DNA from: Piromyces finnis finn
Taxonomy: Eukaryota; Fungi; Neocallimastigomycota
Direction: 5' to 3'
Length of the DNA stretch: 64,000 nucleotides
NCBI GenBank assembly: GCA_002104945.1
Contig: MCFH01000025.1
Location: forward strand, 685,540-749,539
Shown: piece by piece, positions 13,968-26,793 of the stretch
Position numbering within the stretch: position 1 is the stretch's first letter
Layout of the letters: every line of letters begins with the position of its first letter
Notes under the pieces: generated by a model
Told to the model about the DNA's origin: nothing
What the model saw: the letters and a program-made list of their open reading frames with translations, nothing else
Database searches by the model: none
Program-made: the position numbers and the translations under genes

Positions 13968-15202
13968 AATTCATAATTTATAAATTTAATTATTTATCAA
14001 TATCTTCGCCCTTAAGATATAACTTCGTCCCTTGAAGTTATGAAAAGAAAAATAATAGATAAAGAATTAAATTTTATAAATAATTAAAGATCTTCATTTT
14101 ATTACTTCTTCTTCTTCTTAGGATTTTCTTCTTTCTTTCTTTATATGCATGTTTAATTTCTAATGTCCTCAATTAATTTATTTTTAATATATAATTTTCC
14201 GGATATTTTTTTTATAGTAGCTGCAGTGTCTTTTTCAAATAAATTTATTCTTCATTTATATCCACATCAAATAAAGCTTACTTAAGGTTTATTATTATTT
14301 AAAGTTTATTTTCTGATACTTTTATTCCATTATCCACATATTATTTTGAAATTCATATAAGTTTTTAGAAGAGCGGAGCAGTGGGAATATAATGTTTTTC
14401 ATTCAGGTGAAATATACATTATAATTTTATTATTTTATAATATATAATTGGTATATTATAATTGATTATGGATTTATAATTGAATTATATTATAATGTTT
14501 TTGTATTATAATATTGATTTTATTTTAAATAATTTGAATATTTAAAATTTTGATATTAATGTTGTTTATTTAATTATTGGAATTAAATATTTGTGAAATT
14601 TTTTTTAATATATATTAATAATATATTGGAATATATTAATATATATTGTTGAAGTATTGTTAATTCCGATTTTAATTAATTTTGAAATTAATTAAATTTG
14701 AAGTAGCAGTAGTTTCCTATGGGGAACAGAGAGGTTCGCGTAATTCCCTCCGGCCTTAAGACTAGCTACGCAGTAGATTTTTGGATTCTCCACCATTTGA
14801 TACGAAGAAAAATATTATCTTAATTCTATAAATGAATATAGAAAGTGATAATATTTGTATCTAAAAAATAATATTTAATAAATAAAATTTAAAGAAAATA
14901 AAAATAAATGATTTTTATACTTGTTCATTTTCAAGTATTAGTTAGTTTTATAAAATATAGTTTATTTAATTATAAATTTTGATATTTAATAACTCTAGTA
15001 TTATTAAATATATATTTTATTATTAATACATCTCGGTATGTATGTGAATATAATTATAAGTATTATTTTAATAAATTTAATATTATTATCTAATTTTTCT
15101 GGATTATTAGGAACAATTTTAAAATAAAATGATTCTATCACTATTTATACAAAATTATTATTTTAAAGTATAATTATAAACAAATATAAGCTATTTAATT
15201 TA

Positions 15203-15233
<31 letters not shown>

Positions 15234-15361
15234 TTTACATTTATAATTTTTAATTTAATAATTTTATACAAGTTAATTATTTTAATTTTTAACTATCTGT
15301 GTTTTAATATTATTATTATTATTATTATAAATTCATAATTTATAAATTTAATCATTTATCA
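12023..15361 (-). mobile_element. Non-autonomous LTR retroelement (TRIM/LARD-like), tandem LTR-int-LTR-int-LTR
   Basis: Three TG...CA repeats at 12023-12602, 13420-13999 and 14798-15361. PBS TGGTGGAGAATCC on the minus strand at 13405-13417 and 14783-14795, 2 nt from the LTR. PPT-like AAGGGCGAAGATAT lies next to the LTRs at ~12603 and ~14000. The internal parts (~0.8 kb) have no ORF. AAAA flanks both ends (possible 4-bp TSD). Confidence 0.85.
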
Positions 15362-16220
15362 AAAATTTGTAAAGGAGTAAACATAAATAATTGAATTAGC
15401 TAGAATTCTAGGATTCTATGTGATGTCACGAATACTAGTGAAATTACAATTTCAAGATCACTTGGAATTGTGAAATCACTTATGAAAATTCAAAATCAAC
15501 AAATAGTTTATTTTCAAATAAATTATAAAATTTTATTAAGAAATATTTAAAAATTTAGGAAAGGTTAAAATATGACCTTAACCCTTAATAATTTTTATAA
15601 TAAATAACTTTAACCCTTATCGTTAAAATGGAATAAGAAAAAACACGCGTATCTCCTCAACGAATGACGATTTTTGAATAAAAATATTTTGGTTATAATT
15701 ACGTTCGTTAGAAAGCCACGCTCGAGACAAACAACATATCTTAAAATCAGGTCAATATCTCTGCTGGTTCACGAGATATTCCAATTTAAAGATATTTTGT
15801 TAGCAATGATTAATTGTTTATTCAGAGAATGATCACCCCTGATATATCAAACATAAATCATTCACTCAAAGTATAAAAATTATTGTTTAATTAAATCAAC
15901 ATTATTTTCCGGAACTAATTAACTTTATTTTATAATAATTATTTCAATAACATAATTTATAATCTTTGAACTAGAGGATTATAATTATTAATATTATATT
16001 CAATGAATTATATTATAATTAAGAAATAATTAATATTATGAATATTATAAACAATAGTTATTTTTTAATAATTAGGAATAAGTCTTAAGTTTAGTTTAAG
16101 TATTATAAAATATATTATGAATATAATCATGTATTGAAAAGTTATTTTATTATTAAATGTAAAATTGCAAATAGTATAAATAGTTTAGAATAGTTTATGA
16201 AATTAAAATCTTTGTAAAGA

Positions 16221-16312
16221 TTATTAACCAAAAATTATTAACCATAAATTATTAAATTATTAACTATAAATTATTAACTAAAGATTATTAACTATAAATT
16301 ATTAACTATTAA
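16221..16312. repeat. Degenerate ~14-bp minisatellite (attattaacyawaa)
   Basis: About 6 imperfect copies seen directly. Confidence 0.6.
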
Positions 16313-18247
16313 TAATAATTAATACTTAATGAGTATTACTACTAAATAATCTTATTATTATATATTTTAGCAATATATCATTAAATAAAATAAAAGAAAT
16401 TATTTTAACCATAATATATAATTTAATTATTCATTTATAAATCAATTAAGATTATTTTAATAAAACATTTTTTTTTCTAACCTAGTTATCTCTTAACCTT
16501 TTATTTAATTTGATATTTTAATATTAAATTATAAGTTTAGTAAAACTTTTACATGTGAAGATATTAACTGGATTTAAAACAAATTCAGATAATATCTATA
16601 ATTAATTAAACATAATAATTAGAATTAAATGATCCCAATAATTATTTTAAAACACCTTTAAAAGTCACCTTTTAAATTTTGGTTCAGTGAAAGGGTTATG
16701 ATTTCAAAAATTTAATATCAATACACTATAACCCTTAGCCAAAAATAAACAAACACATAACAGGGCGTATCTCGCCAAAATAAAACTAAATATATTAGAA
16801 ATAAGGAAAAAGTTACATTTTGGTACAATCGTGGTCCTTCTAACTGATCATTTAAAGTTTTTAATAGGTAAATCAAAATCAATATGATATAATTTGATAT
16901 AAAATATGGATTATCCACATTTCTTATGCCTTGACAAAATAATTAAAAATATATATCAATAGGAATTTTAGTTATATTAAATAAATGAAAATGACTGTAT
17001 TAAGGTGTGACAATTATCATACATAATAGAAATAATTTTAATTATTATTATAAATTTAAAGGCAAGTTTTATTATTAGAAAATAATTTTAATAATAATAA
17101 TTGATAATAACAAATAGGTTATTATCAATTTAATAGTCTTAACAAAAGATATAAAATAGAATGAATTGAATTCGATTTTAATTCTTTGTAAAGATTATAG
17201 TTATAATTTTAATTATTTAGTTATTAAATATATTATTATTATTTATATTATTGTTATTATTAAATAATCAAGAATTTATAATAAAGTTATTTTAAAAAAC
17301 AAATTTTGATTTTTTTTATTTGGAAGTTTTAAGTGAAATAAATAACAATAGCCCTTTAAAATAAATATATAATAAATTTTTAAAAAAAAATAACCCTTTT
17401 TTAATAATATTCTATTTATTAAATAATTAAATAATAATAAATCCTGAATAAATAACTTAACAGAAAACAAGTATAAAGTAAATTTTTAAATAAAACAACT
17501 TAATCAAACAATGTATTAAAATAATAAAAATAATAAAATAACAAATAAAAATGAATAAATAAACTTAAAAAAAAGGTATCCAAGTGTTCTAAAGAAATTC
17601 TTTTAAAATTATATTTTCAAACTAATAATTAAATAATTGAGTAATTATTACTAAAAGTGACAAACTTAAAACCTGGAAATAGAACAATAATAATAACGGT
17701 TTTAAGATAAAATACAGAACTCTTTTATGTTTCTGTATAAAATGAGTGTTTAGGATAATTGATACTTTTAATATTTTAATTTTGTTATAATTTTATTTTA
17801 ATTTCATCTTAATTTTAATTATTTTAAGGTAATATACATTTAATTATAATTAATGATAGTTAATAATAATAATTTTTTAAACTTAAATATTTTGAAGTAA
17901 TAAAAAGATAAAATAAGTAATATTTTATAATACTTTATAATATTAAAACATAATTTTAATTTATTCTTTTAATTTTAATAAATAATAGCAATAGCAATAG
18001 TAATATTTAATAAAATATTAATGCAAGAAATATGTGAAAAATGTATAAAAGGAAGATAAAATTTCTTTTTTATGAAGTGGGACAATAAATAGACAATAAA
18101 GAAGTATAATAAGAGATAATTTAAAAACATAATTAAAGAGTTTATTTTTGAATTGTATTTGTTTGTTCATTATAAAATTCTCTTTTTTATAAAAAAAAAG
18201 AGTTATTAATAGTTTTTTTTTTAATATATACATTTGTTATATAGTAT

Positions 18248-21200
18248 TTAATGTAAAGTTGAACACATTTTATATAAAATAATGTAGTTATCAATATTAT
18301 TACAAATATTTTCTTTTGATAGATTGATTTTACATCCACAAATATTTGAATTATGTTTGGAACAAAATTCATGTCTTTCAAATATGAAATAATGAGTTGA
18401 ATCATTTCCTTGCTTTTTAAGAATATAATAAATTTTGTCCCATGAAAATGTTATAAATATAGAAAAATAACAGATAGTATTTAATGAAAAATCTATATAT
18501 ATTTTTGTAAGTCGTTGTTCTCCTAAAATACAATAGGTAATAATCTGTATATAGATATATAAAAAAAGATAAGAATTTAATTATTTTTAATACTAATTCA
18601 TTTTATCATTTATATAAGGAATTAAAATAAAATTAATATTTAGTATATATATTAATAAAAAAAATTACATTTATTATTGGTCCGAAAGAAAGTGAAAGGA
18701 AGGATGTGTAGACAAAATATTGGATATAGGTATAGATATAGTTATATTTTTTTGTTGCTTTACCAAATAGAAATATTATAAGGAATAGGGTTAATTCAAT
18801 AGAATTAAAAACCAAATCTGGTTGTTCAAGGCTACAAGAAAACATCCAATCTTTTGTATGACTTTGTTTTAAAATTCCTTTATCATTTCTTATATTATGC
18901 ATAATGGGTATGAGAATGACAAATAAAATAAAGATCGAAAAAATACATATTAATTCAATAAATAATATACGAGTTATTTTAATTTTTCTATAATAATCTT
19001 CGTTTATTTGGTCAAATAAAAAAGAGCTTTCATTTTTATTTTTTTTTATACTAAGTGCTATTGTTAGCCTACTTTTATTATATGCACTAATATTTGATTT
19101 TACATCTGAATAATATGGTAATTTTTCTGGCATTATATCTTTATCTTCTACATCCTCATTTAAAAATTTATAATTTCTTCTTTCTTTTAAAAATCCTAAT
19201 TTATAACCTAAAAGAATATTTAAGAGACATACACAAAGGATTAACAAAATTCCAATATGCTTAAAAATAAAATTTATGACACATTCTGAATAATTATTAT
19301 ACGTCATAAATATATTGCTTATATTAAAGATGATTGTTCCTGCAGAAAATACTAATATTCTTATTAATCCTGTATCTTTAATGATTCCTTGATCCTTGTT
19401 AAATAGGGTAAATACACTATAACACACAACAATGAATATTATTAAACTGATGACTGGTAGTATAAACTTTTTAAAGTTACTGTAGTGAAATAGAATAGTA
19501 TAGAATGAACAGGTAATTACGTATAGATATAATGTTATTAATTTCATTAAATCGTAATTTGTAAAAAGGATTATTTATTGTTTATTATATATATATAATA
19601 TGATAAAATATAAATATATAATAATGTTAATATTTCATCTTATTTTATTTTTTTATTTTTTTTTTTTTTTTGATATCAATTTATATATATATATATATAG
19701 TATAAAAAATAATATATAATAAAATTTATAAGCTTATTTCTTGATTTTAATATCATTACCTATAATTAATAAATACTTTTTCATCACACTTTGTACCACT
19801 CCATCCTTCTTTACATACACATTTATTAAGTTTAATATCATTAACAAATGATTTTATTTCAGGAGGAATACACATTGTATTTTCTTTATTTAGACATTCT
19901 AAACTACATTTCGGGGTTTCACAGTAAGGCATATCATAATTATTATATAGGGTTATTTGATCTTTACTACATTCCGAAACATTGATATAAATAATTTCAT
20001 CAAATTTTATATCATAATTATAATTTTTTATTAGTAAATTCAATTGATAGGTTCCATTATGCGCATATATTTTTAAATTATCAAAATTTATTTCACCTAT
20101 TGATCCGTAGGGTGTATATCATTTTAAAATAGTTGGCACCATAATCATATATGCATATAGGTATACAGTTGTATACAATTATAGAATCATTCATAAAATT
20201 AGAATAATAAATATTTTTTATTGTTAAAAAAATTATTATTTTAATTAGTTATTAATTAATTTATTATTCTTATACCATTGACATATGTTCCTACATTTCC
20301 AATTAGATTATATTTGTTATGTACATCATCAATAAGTTCCTTATCATTATTGGTAATTGGAATTAGAGATAATTTTATTAGTATGGTAGAATAATATTCC
20401 GTTTCATCTTCTATCGGTTGATCATATTCATCATATAATATAAAATTGAGAGGTAGGTGATCTCCAGTGGTAATTTTAATTTCATTTTTATATATTGATG
20501 AATTTAATTTTATGTAGGCAGGTCTTGTGAAATAATTATTAATGCGAGCATTGACAGTATTATTATTTATGTTCCATTTATTCATATCTAATAACCTCAT
20601 CTTACTACTATTCGATATAAAAATCCCACCTCCTATAATGTCAGCATCATTATTTGCTACTGTATTATTCACAGTGAAAGAAGATACTAACTCATCGTAT
20701 TCGGTATAAATTGCTCCTCCAAAACTGTAGGCTTTATTTTTTAAAAAAACATTATTTTCAAAATTTATTCTTCCTTCATTATCTCTATTTAATTTATTCG
20801 AAATAAATATTGCACCTCCGTTTGTTGCTTCATTTTTTATAAATATATTTGAATTTAGATCAAGATTCATATCTAAAATATTTTTTATATATCTTTAATT
20901 TGATAATAAATAAAGTTATATGATATAATGTAGATATGATAGAGAATTTATAAATAATTTATAAATATTAATTTTTTTTAATTAACATATATATGAATTA
21001 TTATTATAATAATAATAGAATATTCCTTTTTTTTTTTTTTAAATATTATTTACAAAACACCACCATTGCTTTTAGAAATATTATTTTGAAAATTTGAATT
21101 TTCAATAGATGCATTTACATTATTGGTTAATTGAATAATTCCACAATCCAATTTATTTCTATTTATATTATTATATATATTATTGTTTGTCATGGTAAAT

Positions 21201-23639
21201 GCTGTCTATGTATATATATATTTATTATATAAATAAAAAATAGGAAAAGAAGATATTTAAAATGGATAGTATAATATTTTTATAAAAAATTTTTTTTTTT
21301 TAGTTTTTCTATCTATAGTTGTTAATATTTTTAATTTTAAAATGGTATAGTAAATTACTTTATGTGAAATACATTGTATCGTTGGTCCATAAGAATCAAT
21401 TCTATTAAAACTGGAATTATGGATGTCAATTTCATTAACTTTACCTTTTACTTTAATGAAAGATCCATTTAATACACAATTTTTGGTGTATAAATTATTT
21501 ATTTGAAGTCGACTATTTATTGATTCATCAGAATCATATAACATAAAGGAAGATTCACCACCATCTCCTGTACATGAAACATTATCTACTTCAATATTAT
21601 TAAGGGTAATATTGTAATAAAGAAAATATAAAACAGCTTTTGAATTTGATATAATATTTTTAAATTTTATATTTTCAAATGTATATGAAGATTCTTTATT
21701 GAAAAGTTCATTGGTTACACTATCAATAATATATATTTATTAAATAAAATATATATTTATATTTATATATTTTAAATATTTTTGAATAATTAATGATAAT
21801 TAGGATTAGTATTTATACCGATATCTAAATAGAATTATTTTTATATTTTTTTTAAAGTTTAAAACTATTAATAGCATTAGATAATATTAAAATATTTACT
21901 TTAAATTCATAAATATTGTATCTTTTATAGAATAATTTGAAAGTTTTGAGTCTGATATTGCTGGAATTGAAAATTTTATATTCATATTTTTTATAATTGA
22001 ATTTGATATTTCGGTTTTTGTTAGGTCACCATGAAAAAGTGTACAAGTTTCTGATGAAATTAATTAATTATTATTTAATAATGATATAGCGTGAAAAAGT
22101 ATTATAAAACTATTGTTCTCTCTCTATTTTTTTTTCTTACTTGAAAATTCAGAGTTTTCAATTGTTATTTTTTGATTTTTATGAATATGCCTTTTGACAT
22201 AAAATAAATATCCATTTTCAGTTGTACAATTAGTAAAGGTTGAATTTTTAATACTAAATTTTATGTATTATAATATATATAATTTGTTAATGATAATATA
22301 AATATGTATGCTATAAAAATTATTTTTCAATATATATATTTTTTTTCTTAATAAAAACATAAGAATATTCTTTTCATCTATTACTCTAGTGTTAAACCAG
22401 TAGCATCAATCAAAGGAACTGAACTATTTATATTCTCGAAAACTGAATCTTTTATGCTTAATTTATCTGTTGCAGAATTTGTATATAGAATTTTATATTC
22501 ATTATTAATATTATTATTATTTATGGAAAAATAACCTTTTTTTTTTTATTATTGATGTAAAGTTCATTTTATGTAATTGTAAAAGATAAAAGATATACAT
22601 AATTAATTAATAAATATCAACAATAACCAACCAACAATAATGATGGTTATAATAATAATAATAGTAGTAAAAGTAAAAGTAATAAAAATAAAAATTGGTT
22701 AGATTAGAAATTTAGAAATATATTTAATTAAAAACTATAGTTAATATCCTATATTCATATTATAATAGTTTTCATTATTACTATTTTCAAAGATAAAATG
22801 AGATAGATTTGATAAAAATATATAGTTGTTATTAATAAATATGCAATTTATTATTTTTATTGTAGAGCATTTATATAAATCCGGTTCTCTACTTTCATGT
22901 ATGTGATAAGTCGATATAATTCTGTCACTATTATTACTTTAAGAATTAAATATTTTTTGGAAGTAATTTATCATTTAAAAAATTATTATTATATAACATT
23001 AAAAAAAAGGATAAATTGTATTAATAATTATATCATTTATCAACATTAAAAAAAAAAAAAATAATAATAATATATGATATATATATATCATAATGCATAC
23101 TAGAATTTGCAATTAATCATAGTTAATTGTGGTTCTTCCTGAGTTTTTTCATCACTTGGAAATGTTACCGTTATTAATGAATATTTATTATCCGTAAATG
23201 TACAATTATTATATACAACTTGAAAATTGTCATTTTTAGCACTAAATCTAGTCATAAATTTATTGTTTTGTCCTTTAGGATAAAAATTTTTTATAATTAG
23301 ATTTTCAAATTTTACTATTTTTCCAGATACATTATAAAATCCTATAGAAAAAGGCCCCTTTTTATCCCATTTATAATCAAATACTGTTCCATTATTATTA
23401 CCTAAAAATGTAATATTTGATAGAACAACTACTGATATATCAAAATTCGGATATTTTGACATGTCATAGTAATCATCCACGAAATATAATACTAATTCAT
23501 TGGAATCACCTTGATTCTCATTAATTATTTTTTCTAATTCATAAAAATTGCTATTATTTTTTATTTTAATTTCTTTTGTACTAACATGTAAAATATAGTG
23601 TAATATCATAAAATTGACAATAAGGAAATATCGAAACAT
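18248..23639 (-). CDS. Multi-exon receptor: signal peptide, parallel beta-helix/pectin-lyase-like ectodomain with GGAI repeats, EGF-like module, 7TM class-C-GPCR-like domain
   Basis: Hydrophobic N-terminus (23639-23100); NGGAIFI/FGGAIY/IGGGIFI repeats (20256-20870); CVCKEGWSGTKCD (19756-20043); multi-TM ORF 18633-19547; last exon with a TM helix and CSKHNSNICGC, stop at 18248-18250. Internal exon boundaries were not all resolved and intactness is not proven. Confidence 0.72.
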
Positions 23640-25083
23640 TTTTTTTCTTTTGTCTCTTTCACTTTGTCTCTTATAAAAAATTCATATTAATATTAATATG
23701 AAATTAGAAAAACAAACAAATAAAGTAACCTTTCTTTTTTTTTAATGATAAAGTTTTTATATATGTAGTTATTTCTATTTCTATCTTTTATTATTATCTT
23801 GACTAAGTCAAATTTTTTCTTTATTCTTTTTTGCAATTTTAAGATTTTTAAGGTTTACAAGAAAACAAAAACTAAAACATATGTATTTTTTTATTATATG
23901 GAAAAAGTACAATAAAAACTTTAAAAACTATTCAAAAGCTGCTCTTTTTTTTTTTTTTTTTCTATTTCAATTAATTATTGGAAAACAATTATTTCTATTT
24001 TTTCAAAAATAGAAAAAAGGTTATTGAAAACTATAAACATTAAAAAGTTATATATAAATTTTTATTTGTATTTGCTAATGAAATGCTAAAACTACAACCA
24101 TACAACAACAACAACATCAACTACCATAACTACCGCCACTACCACACTACCACTACTACTATTATTATTATTAATACTAGTATTATTATGTTATTAAATT
24201 TATTATCCTTTATTACCTTTACCACCACACCGTCTCCATTAATGTTACTAAATTTATAAAAGTATATAAAAATTTTTTGAATATGAATTATTACTTTTTT
24301 TTTTTTCTTTTTTAATCCTAAATAAATTTAAATTTGTTACTATTTTAAGGAATAACTATTATAAAATTCACAAAACTTGACTTTTCATTATCTATTGTAT
24401 TTTTACTAATGAAATATTCATGTAATCGGATTTACAATAGGATTATACATTCATTGAAAATATGTATGCATTTAAAGTTTATAAATATAAAAAAAAAAAA
24501 AATTTTTTTCCTGTTACGGCATAAAAATATATAAACTTTATAAAAAAAAAGTCACCATATTATTTTAAAGTTATTTTTTTTCATTTCTTTTTATATAAAC
24601 ATAAAAAAAAAGATAAAATAAAATAAATATATTTCCTTTTATACACTTTTTTAAAGATTATTTTTTTATTTTTTATTTTTTATTTAATTATATATATATA
24701 TTACTTATTATTTTTAAAAAAAGAATAATATATTATTTTCATTCTTTATTGTAATTATTAATTCATATTAATATATATATATATTAGAAAAAGTAATGTA
24801 ATGTTATGGGTGTTTTAATTCTTATTAAGTATTATTATTAAATATTTTAATTTTTATTTTTTTATTTATTCATTTTTTTTTTTTTTTTGTATTGTTGTTT
24901 AGTTTTGACATTAAATAATAATTAACTTTGGATTAATGTAATTATTAACTATTCATTGAAAATAATAATGCTTTTAAAATAGTAACATTATTAATTTTAA
25001 GTATTGTTTTACCTTATTATTAGTATTTTTATTATTATTATCTGTTTTTGTTGTCATTTCTGATTAATTTTTTTTCTCTTTTT

Positions 25084-25114
<31 letters not shown>

Positions 25115-25766
25115 CTTGTTGTTTTTGCTTCTTTTTTTTTTTTATTATTATTATTTTATTTTTTATTTTTGCTTTTATATTTGCTTGTTTGCATAAAGGG
25201 TTTTTATTATTATTATTATTATTATTATTAATAGCTATTGTGCTATCTTGTGTATATTTTTATGTCTATATATATATAAAACTATTTCTTTTATTTATTA
25301 AAAATATTATTATGACATTTGTAACCTTGGTAGTATTTTTGTTGTTGTTGTTGTTGTTGTAAATGCATAATAATTTTTTAAAAAAAACGAGTTTTTCTTT
25401 TTTTTAATTTAATATATATTTTTTAAGAATTTTTTTTTCTTTTTCCTTATTCATTTTCCCTATAATATATTATTTGTGTACAATGGTATAAATATATTTT
25501 AAAAAACTATTTATTCCATATTTAAAAAAAAATCTCTATCAATCTAATTTAGGGTTCAATTATGAAAAGGATAAAGAATTTTCTTTTAAAAAATATAATT
25601 AATATATTGTATGTTATATTATTAAAAATTAATATATTATATATTATAAAAGTGTTTAGAAAAATAATTTAAGTTAAAAATTAGTTAAAAAAAAAAAAAG
25701 TGTGATTAAATCGAATTCAAATAAAGAATATAAAAATTATTTTTTGAATGATTTATTGTTTTTAAC

Positions 25767-26793
25767 TTAACGTGGACCAAAACTAATATTTGAATTGATA
25801 TGAGTATTTGGAAGAGAAGATGGAAGAGAATGTAAACTAACATTTTCTTCAGATGAAACACTTTCATTATTAGTATGAATACTATCAATTTCAGAATCCT
25901 TTGGAGTTGGAAGAGCGAAAGCAGCAAAAGCAGCTTGATGGTAAAGTCTAATAGCATTATTAACAGTATCTAAATAATTTGGTAAATCAACTTGACGTTT
26001 TAATTCTAACATTTCAGCTTTTTCTTTAAGTTGAATCTTTAAATCAGCAAACTTTTTTCTTAAATCATCAAGATGACGTTCAGATTCTTCAATAATTGTT
26101 TTATCACTAAGATGTTCCATTGAACCTTCAACTTCATTTTTTAATCTATTTTTAGCATCAGCACAACATGAAGCATAAGATTGCATTTCAATTCTTACTT
26201 GATTGCAATGATTAATAGTTTCTTCAGTATCTTTAATAGCCTTAGTTAAAAATGTAGTTAACCATTCTTCATAATTCTTTAATGGAACAATATATTTACT
26301 TAATTCTTTGTTATCTTTATTGAAAGAATCACTAAGTCTAATATAACGAATTCTTAAATCAATGTCCTTGTCTTTAATAATGAAGAGATTAAATATTATT
26401 TAGAGTAAGAAGTTTAAAAAAAAAAATAAATTAATAAAAACTTTTTATTTTCCCAAGATTATTATTTATTTTTTATTCTATACCTTCTCTACAACTTTCT
26501 TCAGAGAAAAGACTTGTTAAAGCTTGTTCAGCTTCGATAGAAGCAGTCATACTATCAATAATTTTTTTAATAGATTTTTGAGAACCTTCAATAAATTTTT
26601 TTAAATTTTCAACTTTTTTGGTAGCTTCATCAACTTGACCATCAACCATTGGTGCAACACATGTAGTGTTTTGTTTACGACCTAAAGTATTGTTGAAAGT
26701 ATTTTGAATAGATTCCATAAAAGTTTGGCCTAAAATGGCCATCTTGAAACCAAATTTATTGTATGATTGTCTCTTTTCAGCTTTATTAGTCAT
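25767..26793 (-). CDS. Arfaptin-homology (AH)/BAR domain protein, 2 exons (26793-26484, 26371-25767)
   Basis: One GT-AG intron joins the two ORFs. The protein is all-helical coiled coil with LTKAIKDTEETINHCNQVRIEMQSYAS, resembling the arfaptin AIEDTxxTxxxYExARxEYxAY segment. Confidence 0.7.

Noticed and set aside
15579-16737. TAACCCTT motifs as telomeric repeats
   Set aside because: Dispersed single copies, not tandem CCCTAA.
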